43,698 bases of DNA, from NCBI GenBank assembly GCA_037137655.1, contig JBAXJX010000003.1, positions 1 through 43,698 of the forward strand, in the 5' to 3' direction. The translations under genes and the position numbers were made by a program. This DNA comes from Candidatus Falkowbacteria bacterium (lineage in GTDB: Bacteria; Patescibacteriota; Patescibacteriia; Patescibacteriales; UBA12465). Below the pieces are notes generated by a model. The model saw only the letters and a program-made list of their open reading frames with translations. It searched no databases and was not told the origin of the DNA. Positions 33,900 through 42,800 of this stretch are shown piece after piece. Within the stretch, counting starts at the first letter, position 1; every line of letters starts with the position of its first letter.

Positions 33900-33941
33900 G
33901 AGTGTCAAGAACTAAGCTAAAAAACTTGACAATCTCTTGAC
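33895..33941. promoter_or_regulatory. 47-bp imperfect palindrome spanning divergent -35 elements (candidate operator)
   Basis: GTCAAGAG-TGTCAAGA (33895-33910) mirrors CTTGACA-at-CTCTTGAC (33925-33941). Confidence 0.5.
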
Positions 33942-33954
33942 GCTGCGCTAAAAT
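33926..33954 (+). promoter_or_regulatory. candidate lexA-like gene promoter
   Basis: TTGACA (33926-33931), 17-nt spacer, TAAAAT (33949-33954). Confidence 0.55.
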
Positions 33955-33974
33955 AAAAATGTTATAATTAAACT

Positions 33975-34046
33975 TTAACAACAAAAGAACAATAATATTT
34001 TCTTATCCCGATTTTTTCTGTAACATTATTCTTCTTTTGTTGTTAA
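33975..34046 (+). promoter_or_regulatory. 22-bp inverted repeat (long leader hairpin or paired operator) upstream of lexA-like gene
   Basis: ttaacaacaaaagaacaataat (33975-33996) pairs with attattcttcttttgttgttaa (34025-34046), 21 of 22 complementary, with a 28-nt spacer. Confidence 0.6.
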
Positions 34047-34059
34047 GACAGCTTTATAT

Positions 34060-34698
34060 ATGCACATAATCCAAGAAAAAATCTTAGCGCTCGCTAAGAA
34101 AATAAATTTGAAAGATAAGTCTTTGCGCGAGATCGGAGAAATGGTAGGTGAATCTGGCGCACCCCAAAAAATTAAACACCATTTGCAACAACTGGAGAAA
34201 AAAGGGTTTATCCAATTCTTGGGTGAGGGGAATGCGATTGCGCGTCTAGGTGATAACTTGAAAAAAGCGGGCGCACTTATTTCCGTGCCAATCCTCGGCG
34301 CCGCTAATTGCGGTGAGGCTAATTTATTCGCTGACGATAACGTGGATTCATATTTAAAAGTATCGCCAACAATGTTAAAAAAGAAAGATAAAATTTTTGC
34401 TATTCGTGCTGTTGGTTATTCGATGAACCGAGCCAAGATTAATGGGGAGGCGATTGACGAAGGTGATTACGTGATTGTGGACAGTGAAAGTAAAAATCCG
34501 GCCAACGGTGATTATGTTTTATCGATTATTGACGGCGTGGCCAATATTAAAAAATTCTCGCTCGATAAAGCGCATCAAACCATTATTCTATCATCCGAAT
34601 CATCTAAAGATTATCCACCGATTTATATTCATCGCGATGATTCTGATTATTACCATATCGGCGGCAAGATTATGCAAGTGATTAAAAAGCCGGCCTAA
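34060..34698 (+). CDS. lexA: LexA-like repressor (wHTH plus S24 peptidase domain)
   Basis: N-terminal wHTH (LREIGEMVGESGAPQKIKHHLQQLEKKGFI). Linker VPILGAANCGEA. S24 motifs AVGYSMN (Ser) and VANIKKF (Lys). Confidence 0.75.
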   Translation: MHIIQEKILALAKKINLKDKSLREIGEMVGESGAPQKIKHHLQQLEKKGFIQFLGEGNAIARLGDNLKKAGALISVPILGAANCGEANLFADDNVDSYLKVSPTMLKKKDKIFAIRAVGYSMNRAKINGEAIDEGDYVIVDSESKNPANGDYVLSIIDGVANIKKFSLDKAHQTIILSSESSKDYPPIYIHRDDSDYYHIGGKIMQVIKKPA

Positions 34699-34710
34699 AT
34701 TTTAAAATAT

Positions 34711-34745
34711 AAAAAAGACCAACATTTGTTGGTCTTTTGTTTTTT
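34711..34745. terminator. bidirectional Rho-independent terminator
   Basis: Stem aagaccaac / gttggtctt flanked by an A-run and a T-run. Lies between convergent genes. Confidence 0.85.
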
Positions 34746-34755
34746 GTGATTTTTG

Positions 34756-35238
34756 TTAGTTTGCCGCTATTTTTTCTACGCATGTTATACAGGGACAAGT
34801 TTCACAGTTACAATTTTCATCGATTCGAACAATTTTATAACCTTTACGAATATCAATGTCATCTACATGAGCAAAACCTTCATCAGTGCTTAGTAGAATG
34901 TTAAGTAGACTTTCGTAGTAATCTTTTTCTGATCCGATTCTTTTTATTTCACTAAGAATTTCATCGTCACCATCTTCTTCTAATAAATCCAATAATTCTT
35001 CAGAGGTTAAGCTGTCTCCATATTTTTTAAGGCAATCGAGAATGAACTCTTTCAATTCTTCCTCTCTTTTGGCGTATAGGGTGTAAACAGTTTTTTCCAA
35101 TTTATTCATTGGTCTTATTTCATGTTCACAGACTGACATTTCTGCTTCCGGTTCTATAAATTCATCCGAACTTACAAGAAGTATAGCGTTCAAAGTTTGA
35201 TTACTTTGTAAAAAATTAATTAATTCATTTGCGTCCAT
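34756..35238 (-). CDS. acidic hypothetical protein with C-terminal Cys cluster
   Basis: 160 aa, Asp/Glu-rich. Ends in CNCETCPCITC. Strong RBS aaaggagg 6 nt upstream of the ATG. Confidence 0.6.
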   Translation of the reverse strand: MDANELINFLQSNQTLNAILLVSSDEFIEPEAEMSVCEHEIRPMNKLEKTVYTLYAKREEELKEFILDCLKKYGDSLTSEELLDLLEEDGDDEILSEIKRIGSEKDYYESLLNILLSTDEGFAHVDDIDIRKGYKIVRIDENCNCETCPCITCVEKIAAN

Positions 35239-35378
35239 GATATCCTCCTTTTTATTTTTGTTAAAAAACTAATTTTAAATATTACTATTTTATTATATTT
35301 TTGTCAACCATGGCTCATCTAGCTTGGACACTAATGTTTAAATATGCTAAAGTTTTATTATAATATTATATAAAAAAT

Positions 35379-35912
35379 ATGGCTGAAAAAAATACAAAAA
35401 TTATAAACAATGACACTAACTTGGAACATGAATTTCTCCAAAGCATTTTTGAGTATTCTCTGGATGCTTATTTTCTTTTAGATTTTGAAGGTAAGTTTAT
35501 TATGGGAAATTTAGATCGGGGCAATATTCTTAATAAGAAGGCAGCTGATTTTATTGGTAAAGATATTATGCAAAGTGGTATTATTAAAGATAATTATTTA
35601 CCACGTGCTTTAGCGATGATGAGTAAGGTTAAAACTGGCTTAGTTGTTGGCCCAGAAAATTTGATTATTAATGGCTTGTTGGGTGAACGGATAATTGAAG
35701 TTGTGGTCCGTCCGATAAGTATTATTGATGGAAAATATATTTTTGGCGTGGCACGTGATATGACGGATATAAAAAAACGGGAGCAAGATTTGAATGATAA
35801 AATTGATGAACTGGAAAACGTTAATAAGATTATGGTTGATCGGGAATTAAAGATGGTGGAATTGAAAGCTAAATTAGAAGAGATGAGACAAAAATACGAA
35901 AAAGCAAATTAA
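35379..35912 (+). CDS. stand-alone PAS-like protein with C-terminal coiled coil (paralog-like to 8410-8874)
   Basis: The N-terminal roughly 125 aa are PAS-like (FLQSIFEYSLDAYFLLD...GVARDMTDIKKRE). The C-terminus is IMVDRELKMVELKAKLEEMRQK. Confidence 0.65.
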   Translation: MAEKNTKIINNDTNLEHEFLQSIFEYSLDAYFLLDFEGKFIMGNLDRGNILNKKAADFIGKDIMQSGIIKDNYLPRALAMMSKVKTGLVVGPENLIINGLLGERIIEVVVRPISIIDGKYIFGVARDMTDIKKREQDLNDKIDELENVNKIMVDRELKMVELKAKLEEMRQKYEKAN

Positions 35913-36145
35913 AAAAAATAGCGTAAAAAGAGGGGAAAACTTTAATGTTTTACAGAAAGACCAATAAAAACGATTTTTACTGATTACTCGAAAAACTTTA
36001 AAATGCGCAAAAACATTGAAAAAACAGGCATTTTTTTAAGAAAATATAAAAACCTTGCTATATTGCGGGCTTTCTTTAAAAATGCTATAATAATATTAGG
36101 TTTTTTAAATTTTAAAAAATAATTTAATTATTAACAAAAAAAATT

Positions 36146-36427
36146 ATGGCAAAAATGACAAAGTCACAATTGATGACCGTGTTAGCTGAAAAAACTGGTT
36201 TAGCTAAAAAAGAAGTTGTAAGCTTCATGGATCAATTAAGCACATTAGCTTACAAAGAAGTTAAGACTAACGGAGAATTCGTTTTACCAGGATTTGGTAA
36301 ATTGGTTAAAATCCAAAGAAAAGCTCGTTTAGGTCGCAACCCTTTGACTGGTGCTGAAATCAAAATCCCAGCTAAAACTGTTGTTAAATTCAAAGTTGCT
36401 AAAGCTGTTAAGGATGCCATCCTATAA
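36146..36427 (+). CDS. hup: HU/IHF-family DNA-binding protein
   Basis: MTKSQLMTVLAEKTGL, GFGKLVKIQRKARLGRNPLTGAEIKIPAKTVVKFK. Confidence 0.9.
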   Translation: MAKMTKSQLMTVLAEKTGLAKKEVVSFMDQLSTLAYKEVKTNGEFVLPGFGKLVKIQRKARLGRNPLTGAEIKIPAKTVVKFKVAKAVKDAIL

Positions 36428-36462
36428 TAATTAGATAGTAATTTAGAATTGCAGCTCAAGAT

Positions 36463-36499
36463 AAAAAAAGACGAAGGACGGAATCCCCTCGTCTTTTTT
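36463..36499 (+). terminator. Rho-independent terminator
   Basis: Stem gacga..gg / cc..tcgtc plus tttttt. Confidence 0.65.
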
Positions 36500-36513
36500 G
36501 TAAATATAAATAT

Positions 36514-37431
36514 ATGAAAAATATAAAAATTATTATTGCGTTATTAGCTTTAAGTTTACTGCTTTCAGCTGGTGTTGTTCGTGCGGAAGATAACAATCAA
36601 GCTGAAGATCAAATTTCTAGTTCGACCAGGGAACTAATAAATGGTAAATTAGCGGAAATTAGAAGTGAAATCGCCAGTTCGACGAAAAATATTTTAGCTA
36701 ATGGTTTTAATTCTTTGACCAGTATTGCGCCTCAAGCATCTAAAATGCTCGAAGCATTAAAAGGTCGAATATTGTTGCAAGTTGAAAATCATGGCGAAGC
36801 TTGGTATGTTAGTCCAAAAGATGGTAGCCGCTATTACTTAAAGGATGGCACTTCGGCTTATAGTGCCATGCGCGGTATGGGTTTAGGCGTGTCCAATGGT
36901 GATATTAATAAATTGCAGAAAGGGGACCGCGCTATGCTTAATCGTTTAAAAGGTCATATTGTCTTACAAGTGCAAAATCATGGTGAAGCTTATTATATTA
37001 ATCCAGCCACATTGAAAATGCATTATCTAAAAAATGGCGACGAAGCTTATAAGATTATGCGTACTTTAAGCTTGGGTGTGACTAATGCTGATTTAGGAAA
37101 AATTAAAGCTAGTACCACTGAGGAAACTAGCTCTTCTGTCGCTCTTAGCGATAAAGCTATTTTAGCCACTGCTACCGTAAATGGTAATAGCGTTAACTTC
37201 TCTTGGTCACTACAAAACATGACTTCATCTATGGGTTTTAAAGTGGTAAAAGCTGATCACGAAAATCCAGTTTATCCAGGCGACGATTACCACTATTTGT
37301 CCGATGCTAATGTTACATCAGACACCTGGAGTGATCTTGGTGCCGGCACTTATTATTTCCGAGTGTGTGAATACTTAGGTGGAAAGTGTGGCGTGTATAG
37401 TCAGAATTTGAAAGTCGAAATTACCGAATAA
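36514..37431 (+). CDS. secreted protein with two HGEAWY-type repeats
   Basis: Signal peptide. Tandem modules LKGRILLQVENHGEAWYVSPKDGSRYYLKDG..AYSAMRGMGLGVSNGDI and LKGHIVLQVQNHGEAYYINPATLKMHYLKNG..AYKIMRTLSLGVTNADL. From memory, this repeat is common in Patescibacteria secreted proteins. Confidence 0.7.
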   Translation: MKNIKIIIALLALSLLLSAGVVRAEDNNQAEDQISSSTRELINGKLAEIRSEIASSTKNILANGFNSLTSIAPQASKMLEALKGRILLQVENHGEAWYVSPKDGSRYYLKDGTSAYSAMRGMGLGVSNGDINKLQKGDRAMLNRLKGHIVLQVQNHGEAYYINPATLKMHYLKNGDEAYKIMRTLSLGVTNADLGKIKASTTEETSSSVALSDKAILATATVNGNSVNFSWSLQNMTSSMGFKVVKADHENPVYPGDDYHYLSDANVTSDTWSDLGAGTYYFRVCEYLGGKCGVYSQNLKVEITE

Positions 37432-37445
37432 TGTCATTGCGATAA

Positions 37446-37479
37446 TAAAAAAAGAGGCGACTGTTGTCGTCTCTTTTTT
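37446..37479. terminator. bidirectional Rho-independent terminator
   Basis: Stem agaggcgac / gtcgtctct flanked by an A-run and a T-run. Confidence 0.8.
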
Positions 37480-37762
37480 ATTTCCAAATTTCTATCCATT
37501 GACCGATTCCGTGCTCGTTTAGTTTGTTCTTGAGCTTGGTGTTTTTGTGTAGATAGTCGATGAGCGATTTGAAGTTTATGGAGTAGCGGTTGCCCTTAAC
37601 AAGGTACTTTAAATCCTTCTTAATGGCCCGGCGGATGGTCTTGGTTTGGACGCCACCAATCTTGGCGGCCTCCGAAACAGACAACCAAACCTGGTTATCG
37701 CCTGTGGATTGGTCCTCGTGGTCGCTATCTACAGTTAAGTTTTTGCTACTTTCAGTGTTCAT
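37478..37762 (-). CDS. helix-turn-helix DNA-binding protein (excisionase/MerR-like HTH_17 type)
   Basis: WLSVSEAAKIGGVQTKTIRRAIKKDLKY, preceded by an acidic N-terminal tail. Confidence 0.65.
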   Translation of the reverse strand: MNTESSKNLTVDSDHEDQSTGDNQVWLSVSEAAKIGGVQTKTIRRAIKKDLKYLVKGNRYSINFKSLIDYLHKNTKLKNKLNEHGIGQWIEIWK

Positions 37763-37823
37763 ATTATGGTTAAAAGTGCCTATTTATTAGATATAAGATT
37801 GTGGGGTAAAAAAGTGCTATTTT

Positions 37824-37849
37824 TTAAGTCTAAAATTGCCTGGACTTAA
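37824..37849. promoter_or_regulatory. inverted-repeat motif, copy 1
   Basis: TTAAGTC-taaaattgcctg-GACTTAA. Confidence 0.5.
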
Positions 37850-37923
37850 AGCTGCGGTTTTTAGCCACTTGCTTGGGCTAATTTCAGGACAATTTCGCCT
37901 GTAACCACTCTTTATTTTTTGAT

Positions 37924-37948
37924 TTAAGTCTAAAAAAACCTAGACTTA
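37924..37948. promoter_or_regulatory. inverted-repeat motif, copy 2 (exactly 100 bp from copy 1)
   Basis: TTAAGTC-taaaaaaaccta-GACTTA. Confidence 0.5.
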
Positions 37949-38043
37949 TGTCAATATTTGCCATTCTAACAAGGCCATTTTAAAAAGTCAAATTTTAGCT
38001 GGTTTACCCTTGTTTTTTGCCCAGGAATGTGCTATGATTCTAC

Positions 38044-38070
38044 TGTAACATTTTACGTCTTTTTACGTAT
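38044..38070 (+). promoter_or_regulatory. candidate ECF-type promoter upstream of the sigma factor gene
   Basis: TGTAAC (38044-38049), 17-nt spacer, CGTA (38067-38070). This resembles the B. subtilis ECF consensus TGAAAC-N16/17-CGTA. Confidence 0.35.
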
Positions 38071-38088
38071 TACTAATTGCAAAACATA

Positions 38089-38658
38089 ATGTCAGATAAA
38101 CCAATCTCAAAACTGAAAGAAAAGAATTTGTTTTCCCGTCTAAAGAAGAAAGACAAGGACGCCTTTATTGAGGCTTATGATTTGTATGCCGCCGACATAA
38201 ATCGTTTCATTTATTTTAAGGTCGGTAGTAAAGAGGAGGCCAATGATTTGACCTCGATCGTGTTCTTAAAAACTTGGGACTATGTTTGCAACAATAGTTT
38301 AGTTGATAGTCGAACCCTGCGTGCCTTACTTTATAAGGTGGCTCGCACCTCGATTATTGATTACTACCGCGAACACCATGTTGTCGCCTCGATTGATGAT
38401 GAGGAAAATAAAATTGATGTGATTGATGAGTCGCAAGACATTATCACCCAAATCAATTTAAACTCTGACGTTGAGATGATTAAAGATAAGTTACCGGAGA
38501 TCAAAGCTGAGTATCGTGAAATTTTAGTAATGCGTTTTGTGAATGACTTGACGATGGATGAGATTGCCGACATTACCGGGAAGAGCAAAGTCAATATTAG
38601 AGTAACAATCTTTCGCGCCTTGAAAGCGCTCAAAGATTTGATTGAAGAAAAAAAATAA
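38089..38658 (+). CDS. sigma-70 family (ECF-like) RNA polymerase sigma factor
   Basis: Region 2 is FIEAYDLYAADINRFIYFKV...DLTSIVFLKTW...IIDYYR. Region 4 is YREILVMRFVNDLTMDEIADITGKSKVNIRVTIFRALKALK. ATG 38089 preferred over TTG 38077. Confidence 0.85.
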   Translation: MSDKPISKLKEKNLFSRLKKKDKDAFIEAYDLYAADINRFIYFKVGSKEEANDLTSIVFLKTWDYVCNNSLVDSRTLRALLYKVARTSIIDYYREHHVVASIDDEENKIDVIDESQDIITQINLNSDVEMIKDKLPEIKAEYREILVMRFVNDLTMDEIADITGKSKVNIRVTIFRALKALKDLIEEKK

Positions 38659-38659
38659 T

Positions 38660-39424
38660 ATGACCGACAAAGAATTGATCAAAAAATTAAATAACTTGAA
38701 AAACTTTCAACCCGATGCTGCTTCTTTAAAAAGCAATCGGGATATTTTGTTTGCTCAAATTTCCAATTCTTCAACTACTTATAATCCAGGACCATTCGAA
38801 ACTTTCACCATGAATTTTAAAAATATTTTTTCCAGTGTCTATCAGCCAGTCTTAGTAATGGCCGGAATCGTTTTATTCTTGGGCGGTGGTTTAATTTTTG
38901 GTCACGATCTTATTAATGTTAATCCAAGCAACTCTTTATATATTGCCAAAGTGATTTCTGAACAAGCACGTTTGGGTTTAATCTTTAATGAAAGCGCCAA
39001 GGAAAAGATGGCAACTGATTTCGCTGCTAGCCATGCTCAAAGTATTGCTGATGCCTTATCATCTAATTCTAATGTTAATAGTGCTGATTTAAATACCTTA
39101 AGTGATAGTTTTAAAAACGAAGTTAGTGTTCTAAAGACTAGTGCCAAAAAAACAGCGGGCTATGTTGCGGTTAAGACTCCGGTTAGCAGCTCTTCCACTG
39201 ATAAAGGTGACAACGTTTTAGTTGGTATTGCTAATTCCGGTAAATCAGATAGTGGTATATCTATTTATAATCCAGCTGCGCCAGTTGCCAACACTAATGT
39301 TTGCACTAGCACAGTAACTGATCCATCAGCGATGTTGGATGAGGCGGAAAAAATGTTTGAAGCTAAAAACTATAGTGGTGCGGCTAGTAAATTAAAAGCT
39401 GTAGGCGACGTTCTTAATAAGTAA
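38660..39424 (+). CDS. anti-sigma-factor-like single-pass membrane protein (DUF5667-like)
   Basis: ATG lies 2 nt after the sigma factor stop. About 65 cytoplasmic residues, one TM helix (VLVMAGIVLFLGGGLIFG), then an extracytoplasmic segment NSLYIAKVISEQARLGL resembling DUF5667 (from memory). No zinc anti-sigma motif. Confidence 0.5.
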   Translation: MTDKELIKKLNNLKNFQPDAASLKSNRDILFAQISNSSTTYNPGPFETFTMNFKNIFSSVYQPVLVMAGIVLFLGGGLIFGHDLINVNPSNSLYIAKVISEQARLGLIFNESAKEKMATDFAASHAQSIADALSSNSNVNSADLNTLSDSFKNEVSVLKTSAKKTAGYVAVKTPVSSSSTDKGDNVLVGIANSGKSDSGISIYNPAAPVANTNVCTSTVTDPSAMLDEAEKMFEAKNYSGAASKLKAVGDVLNK

Positions 39425-39479
39425 CAATAATTATTAGCGCCGATTTTCTCAGTTTTGTTTAGAGAACAAAATTGTCAAA

Positions 39480-39760
39480 TCCGCGGTAATTCACTGGTTT
39501 TAATCAGTGAGCGAAGTGGATTAGTCGAGTCAGCAAGGTCGACCCGGTAAAACGGGAGACGCGACTTCATTAAAAACCGCCCGACATTCTTTAAAAACAT
39601 TATAAAACATTATTTTCCAAAAATGGCCGGAGATCCAGAAAACCATAAGGGTTTTCTGAGATAAACCAACTAAGCTTTTTCTTGACGCAAGTTAGGAAGG
39701 CGGGATTCCGGTTGATTTGTTTCGGTCCAGCCCCCAACAGTTTTTTAGTTTTTTGTGCCG
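39480..39760 (+). other. G+C-enriched, hairpin-dense non-coding segment upstream of the surface-protein gene (candidate leader or ncRNA)
   Basis: Hairpins at 39491-39510 (tcactg / cagtga), 39524-39543 (gtcga / tcgac), 39543-39556 (cccg / cggg) and 39636-39658 (cagaaaacc / ggttttctg). No ORF of 60 aa or more on either strand between 39425 and 39880. Confidence 0.4.
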
Positions 39761-39880
39761 TTTGGAAGAAATTAGTGTTTTAAAACATGTTTGAAAAAGA
39801 GTGAATAATCGGGCAAAACATTTCAGGTTGTTTATTTCTTATTTATATAAGTAATTGCAATCCGATTTATTCATTAAACT

Positions 39881-42800
39881 ATGCAAAAATTACGAAAATT
39901 TTTTGCGTCTACTGTGATCGCAATGACCGTTGTAGCTATGAGTGGTGCTATCGTTCCAAACGCTAGTGCTGCAGCTTCTGCTGGTGATTTGATCAAAAAG
40001 GACGGCTTATCAGCTGTTTACTTTTTAGGTAATGATGGCAAAAGATATGTGTTCACAAATCAAGATGTTTACGCTTCTTGGTACAAAGATTTCTCCGGTG
40101 TTGTTACAGTTTCTGCTTCAGAACTTTCAAGTTACCCATTAGGTGGTAACGTTGTGATGCGTGCTGGTACAAAATTGGTTAAAATCGTTTCTGACCCTTC
40201 TGTTTACGCAGTTGAGCCAAACGGTGTGTTAAGAAAAATTCAAAGCGAAAGTCAAGCTACAACTTTATACGGCGCAAGCTGGGCAAAAAGAGTAGTTGAC
40301 GTTGCTGATTCTTTCTTCACAAATTATACAATTTCTTCACCTTTAGCTATTAACGCAATCCCAGCCGGTTCTTTAGTAAAAACTAGCGGTTCATCTGCTG
40401 TTTATTACTTCGATGGTACTAACTATCGTTCAATCGCTTCTGAGGCTGCTGCTAAAGCTAATGGTTTAGATTTGTCTAATACTATTACTACTGCTAACTC
40501 AATTGTTGCTGGTGGTTCTGCTATTACTGCAATGGAAAGCTCAATCGCTTACACTGCACAAAACAGTGCTTCAGCTGTTGTTGTTGGTACAGGTACAGCT
40601 TTAAGCGTATCTAAATCTAGCGACACTCCAGCTTCCATGACTACTCCAAATGCTGTTGCTTCAAACTTCTTGAAGTTCAACTTGACTGCGGGTACTGATG
40701 GTGACGTTGTTGTTTCAGGTATCACTTTGACTGCTTATGGTCTAAGTTCTGCTACTGATATCAAAGACGTAACTATCTACGATGCTGCTGGTAACAAACT
40801 TGGTAATACTAAGACTTCTGTTTCATCAGACAAAACTGCTAGTTTCAACTTTGCAACTCCAATTACTGTAGCTGCAGGTACAACTAAAGTTTTAACTGTT
40901 AAAGCTGATATCGCTACTGGTACTACTAATGGCGGTAACTACGCTTTAGGTATTGCTAAAGCTTCAGACATTTTAGCTGGTGCGACTTCAATTTCTGGTT
41001 CATTCCCAGTAGTTGGTAACGCTATGTCTAACACTGCTTCAAGCAATGTTGGTTCAGTTACTATGGGTACTCAATCATCAACTGGCGCTTCTCACTCTTT
41101 TGGTGAAGACAGCGTTTCTTTGATCGGTTTTGACTTAACTGCTAGCAACGAAGCTGTATTAGTTCAATCTTTGAAATTAAAGAATGGCGGTACAAATTCA
41201 GCTGACATTTTGTCAAACATTAAATTGTATGCTGACGGTTCAGAAATCGCTACTGGTACTTATGCCGACGGTTATGTAACTTTCGCTATCAACAATTTCA
41301 AGATCGCTAAAGGTGATTCTTCATCTTTAGAAGTTAAAGCTGACTTAGGTGTTGGTTCTACAGGTGATACTGTAAAATTATACTTAAACAGCAAAACTGA
41401 CTTAGTAATGGTTGGTCAAGATTACGGATATTCTATCCAAGTTTCTACTGATACTATCGCTACTGCAAGTGCAGCTGCAACTATCACTTTAACATCAGGT
41501 GATGTTACTTTCGATATGGATAAATCAGCTACAAACGGTACTCCAAACACTGATGTTAAACCAAACACTAACAGTGTTGTTTTAGCAACTTTCACAATGG
41601 ATTCAAAGAATGAAAATGCGACTGTTAAATCAATCAACAATTTCACTTTGACTGTTGGAACAATGGCTACAGGTACAATCAAAAATGTTCAATTAGTTGA
41701 CGTTACAACTGGTGGTATTTATGATTTAACTGGTAGTGACATCGTTACTGCAGGTACTTACACTTACAACATGACTGATGAAATCTCATTAGTTAAGGGT
41801 GTAGTTAAGAAATTCCGTGTTCGTGCTGATATTGCGCAAAATGCACAAAATTCAGACGTTACAAACGGTACAACTATCGTTGTAAGCTTACCAAGCATTT
41901 CTTCTAACGTATCTATCACTGGTGATGTATCTAATGCTGATTTAAGCACTAAGATCACTCCTTCAAGCTTAGCTGGTTCTACAATCACTGTAAAAACAGC
42001 TTCTTTAACAGTTACTCCAACTTCTTTGGTTAGCGTAACTGCTGTTGGCGGTGCATCTAATGTTGAAATTTACCGTGCTGCTTTGCAAGCTGGTACAGCT
42101 GATGGTGTTAAATTACAATCAGTTATGTTAACTGGTTCTTCTTCAACATTGTTCAACAAGAACAACATCACTCAATTAGATTTATATGTTAACGGCGCTT
42201 TAGCAAAATCCGTTTCTGGTTCTAGCATTTCTGCTGGTACTATTACTTTCGGTTCTTTGTCTTCTGTTATCGCTGCTAACACAACTGTTGATTTAAGTGT
42301 TAAAGCTACTTTTGCTTCAACTTTAACTGCAGGTACATTCACAATGAGCATTGCTAGTGCTACTAACGATGTTGTTGTAAGATCTAATACTGGTAACAAA
42401 TCATTTACAGTTGGTGGTACAGTTACAGGCGCTTCTCGTTCTGTAGCTATGTCTGCTAACGGTTCTTTGAATGTTTCTTTGTTAACTACTGACGCTAAAG
42501 CTAATACAAATTCAATTTTGTTAGCTGGTGGTGAAACTGTAGCTAACAATTATCTTGGTGAAATCAAATTCACTACAGCTAATGAAAGCATTAAAGTTAC
42601 TAAATTAGTTTTGACTCAAGGCGGTTCAGCTCGTGCTGCTGACTTGAAATCAGTTAAACTTTACCAAATCGTAAATGGCGTTCCAACTCTAGTAGTTGAA
42701 AAAGCTGTTGACGCTAATGGTGATGTAACTTTTGATCCATTCAACGTTGATTTCGCTGGTGATCAATCTACTTCATTGTTTATCTCTGTTGTAGCTAAAG

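Noticed and set aside
34475-34681. 68-aa plus-strand ORF inside the lexA-like gene
   Set aside because: It is an out-of-frame shadow.
36250-36459. 69-aa minus-strand ORF over the HU gene
   Set aside because: It is antisense to a highly conserved gene.
37590-37790. 66-aa plus-strand ORF opposite the HTH gene
   Set aside because: The HTH reading frame has a recognisable DNA-binding motif and this one has none.
38364-38633. 89-aa minus-strand ORF over the sigma factor gene
   Set aside because: It is antisense to a motif-supported CDS.
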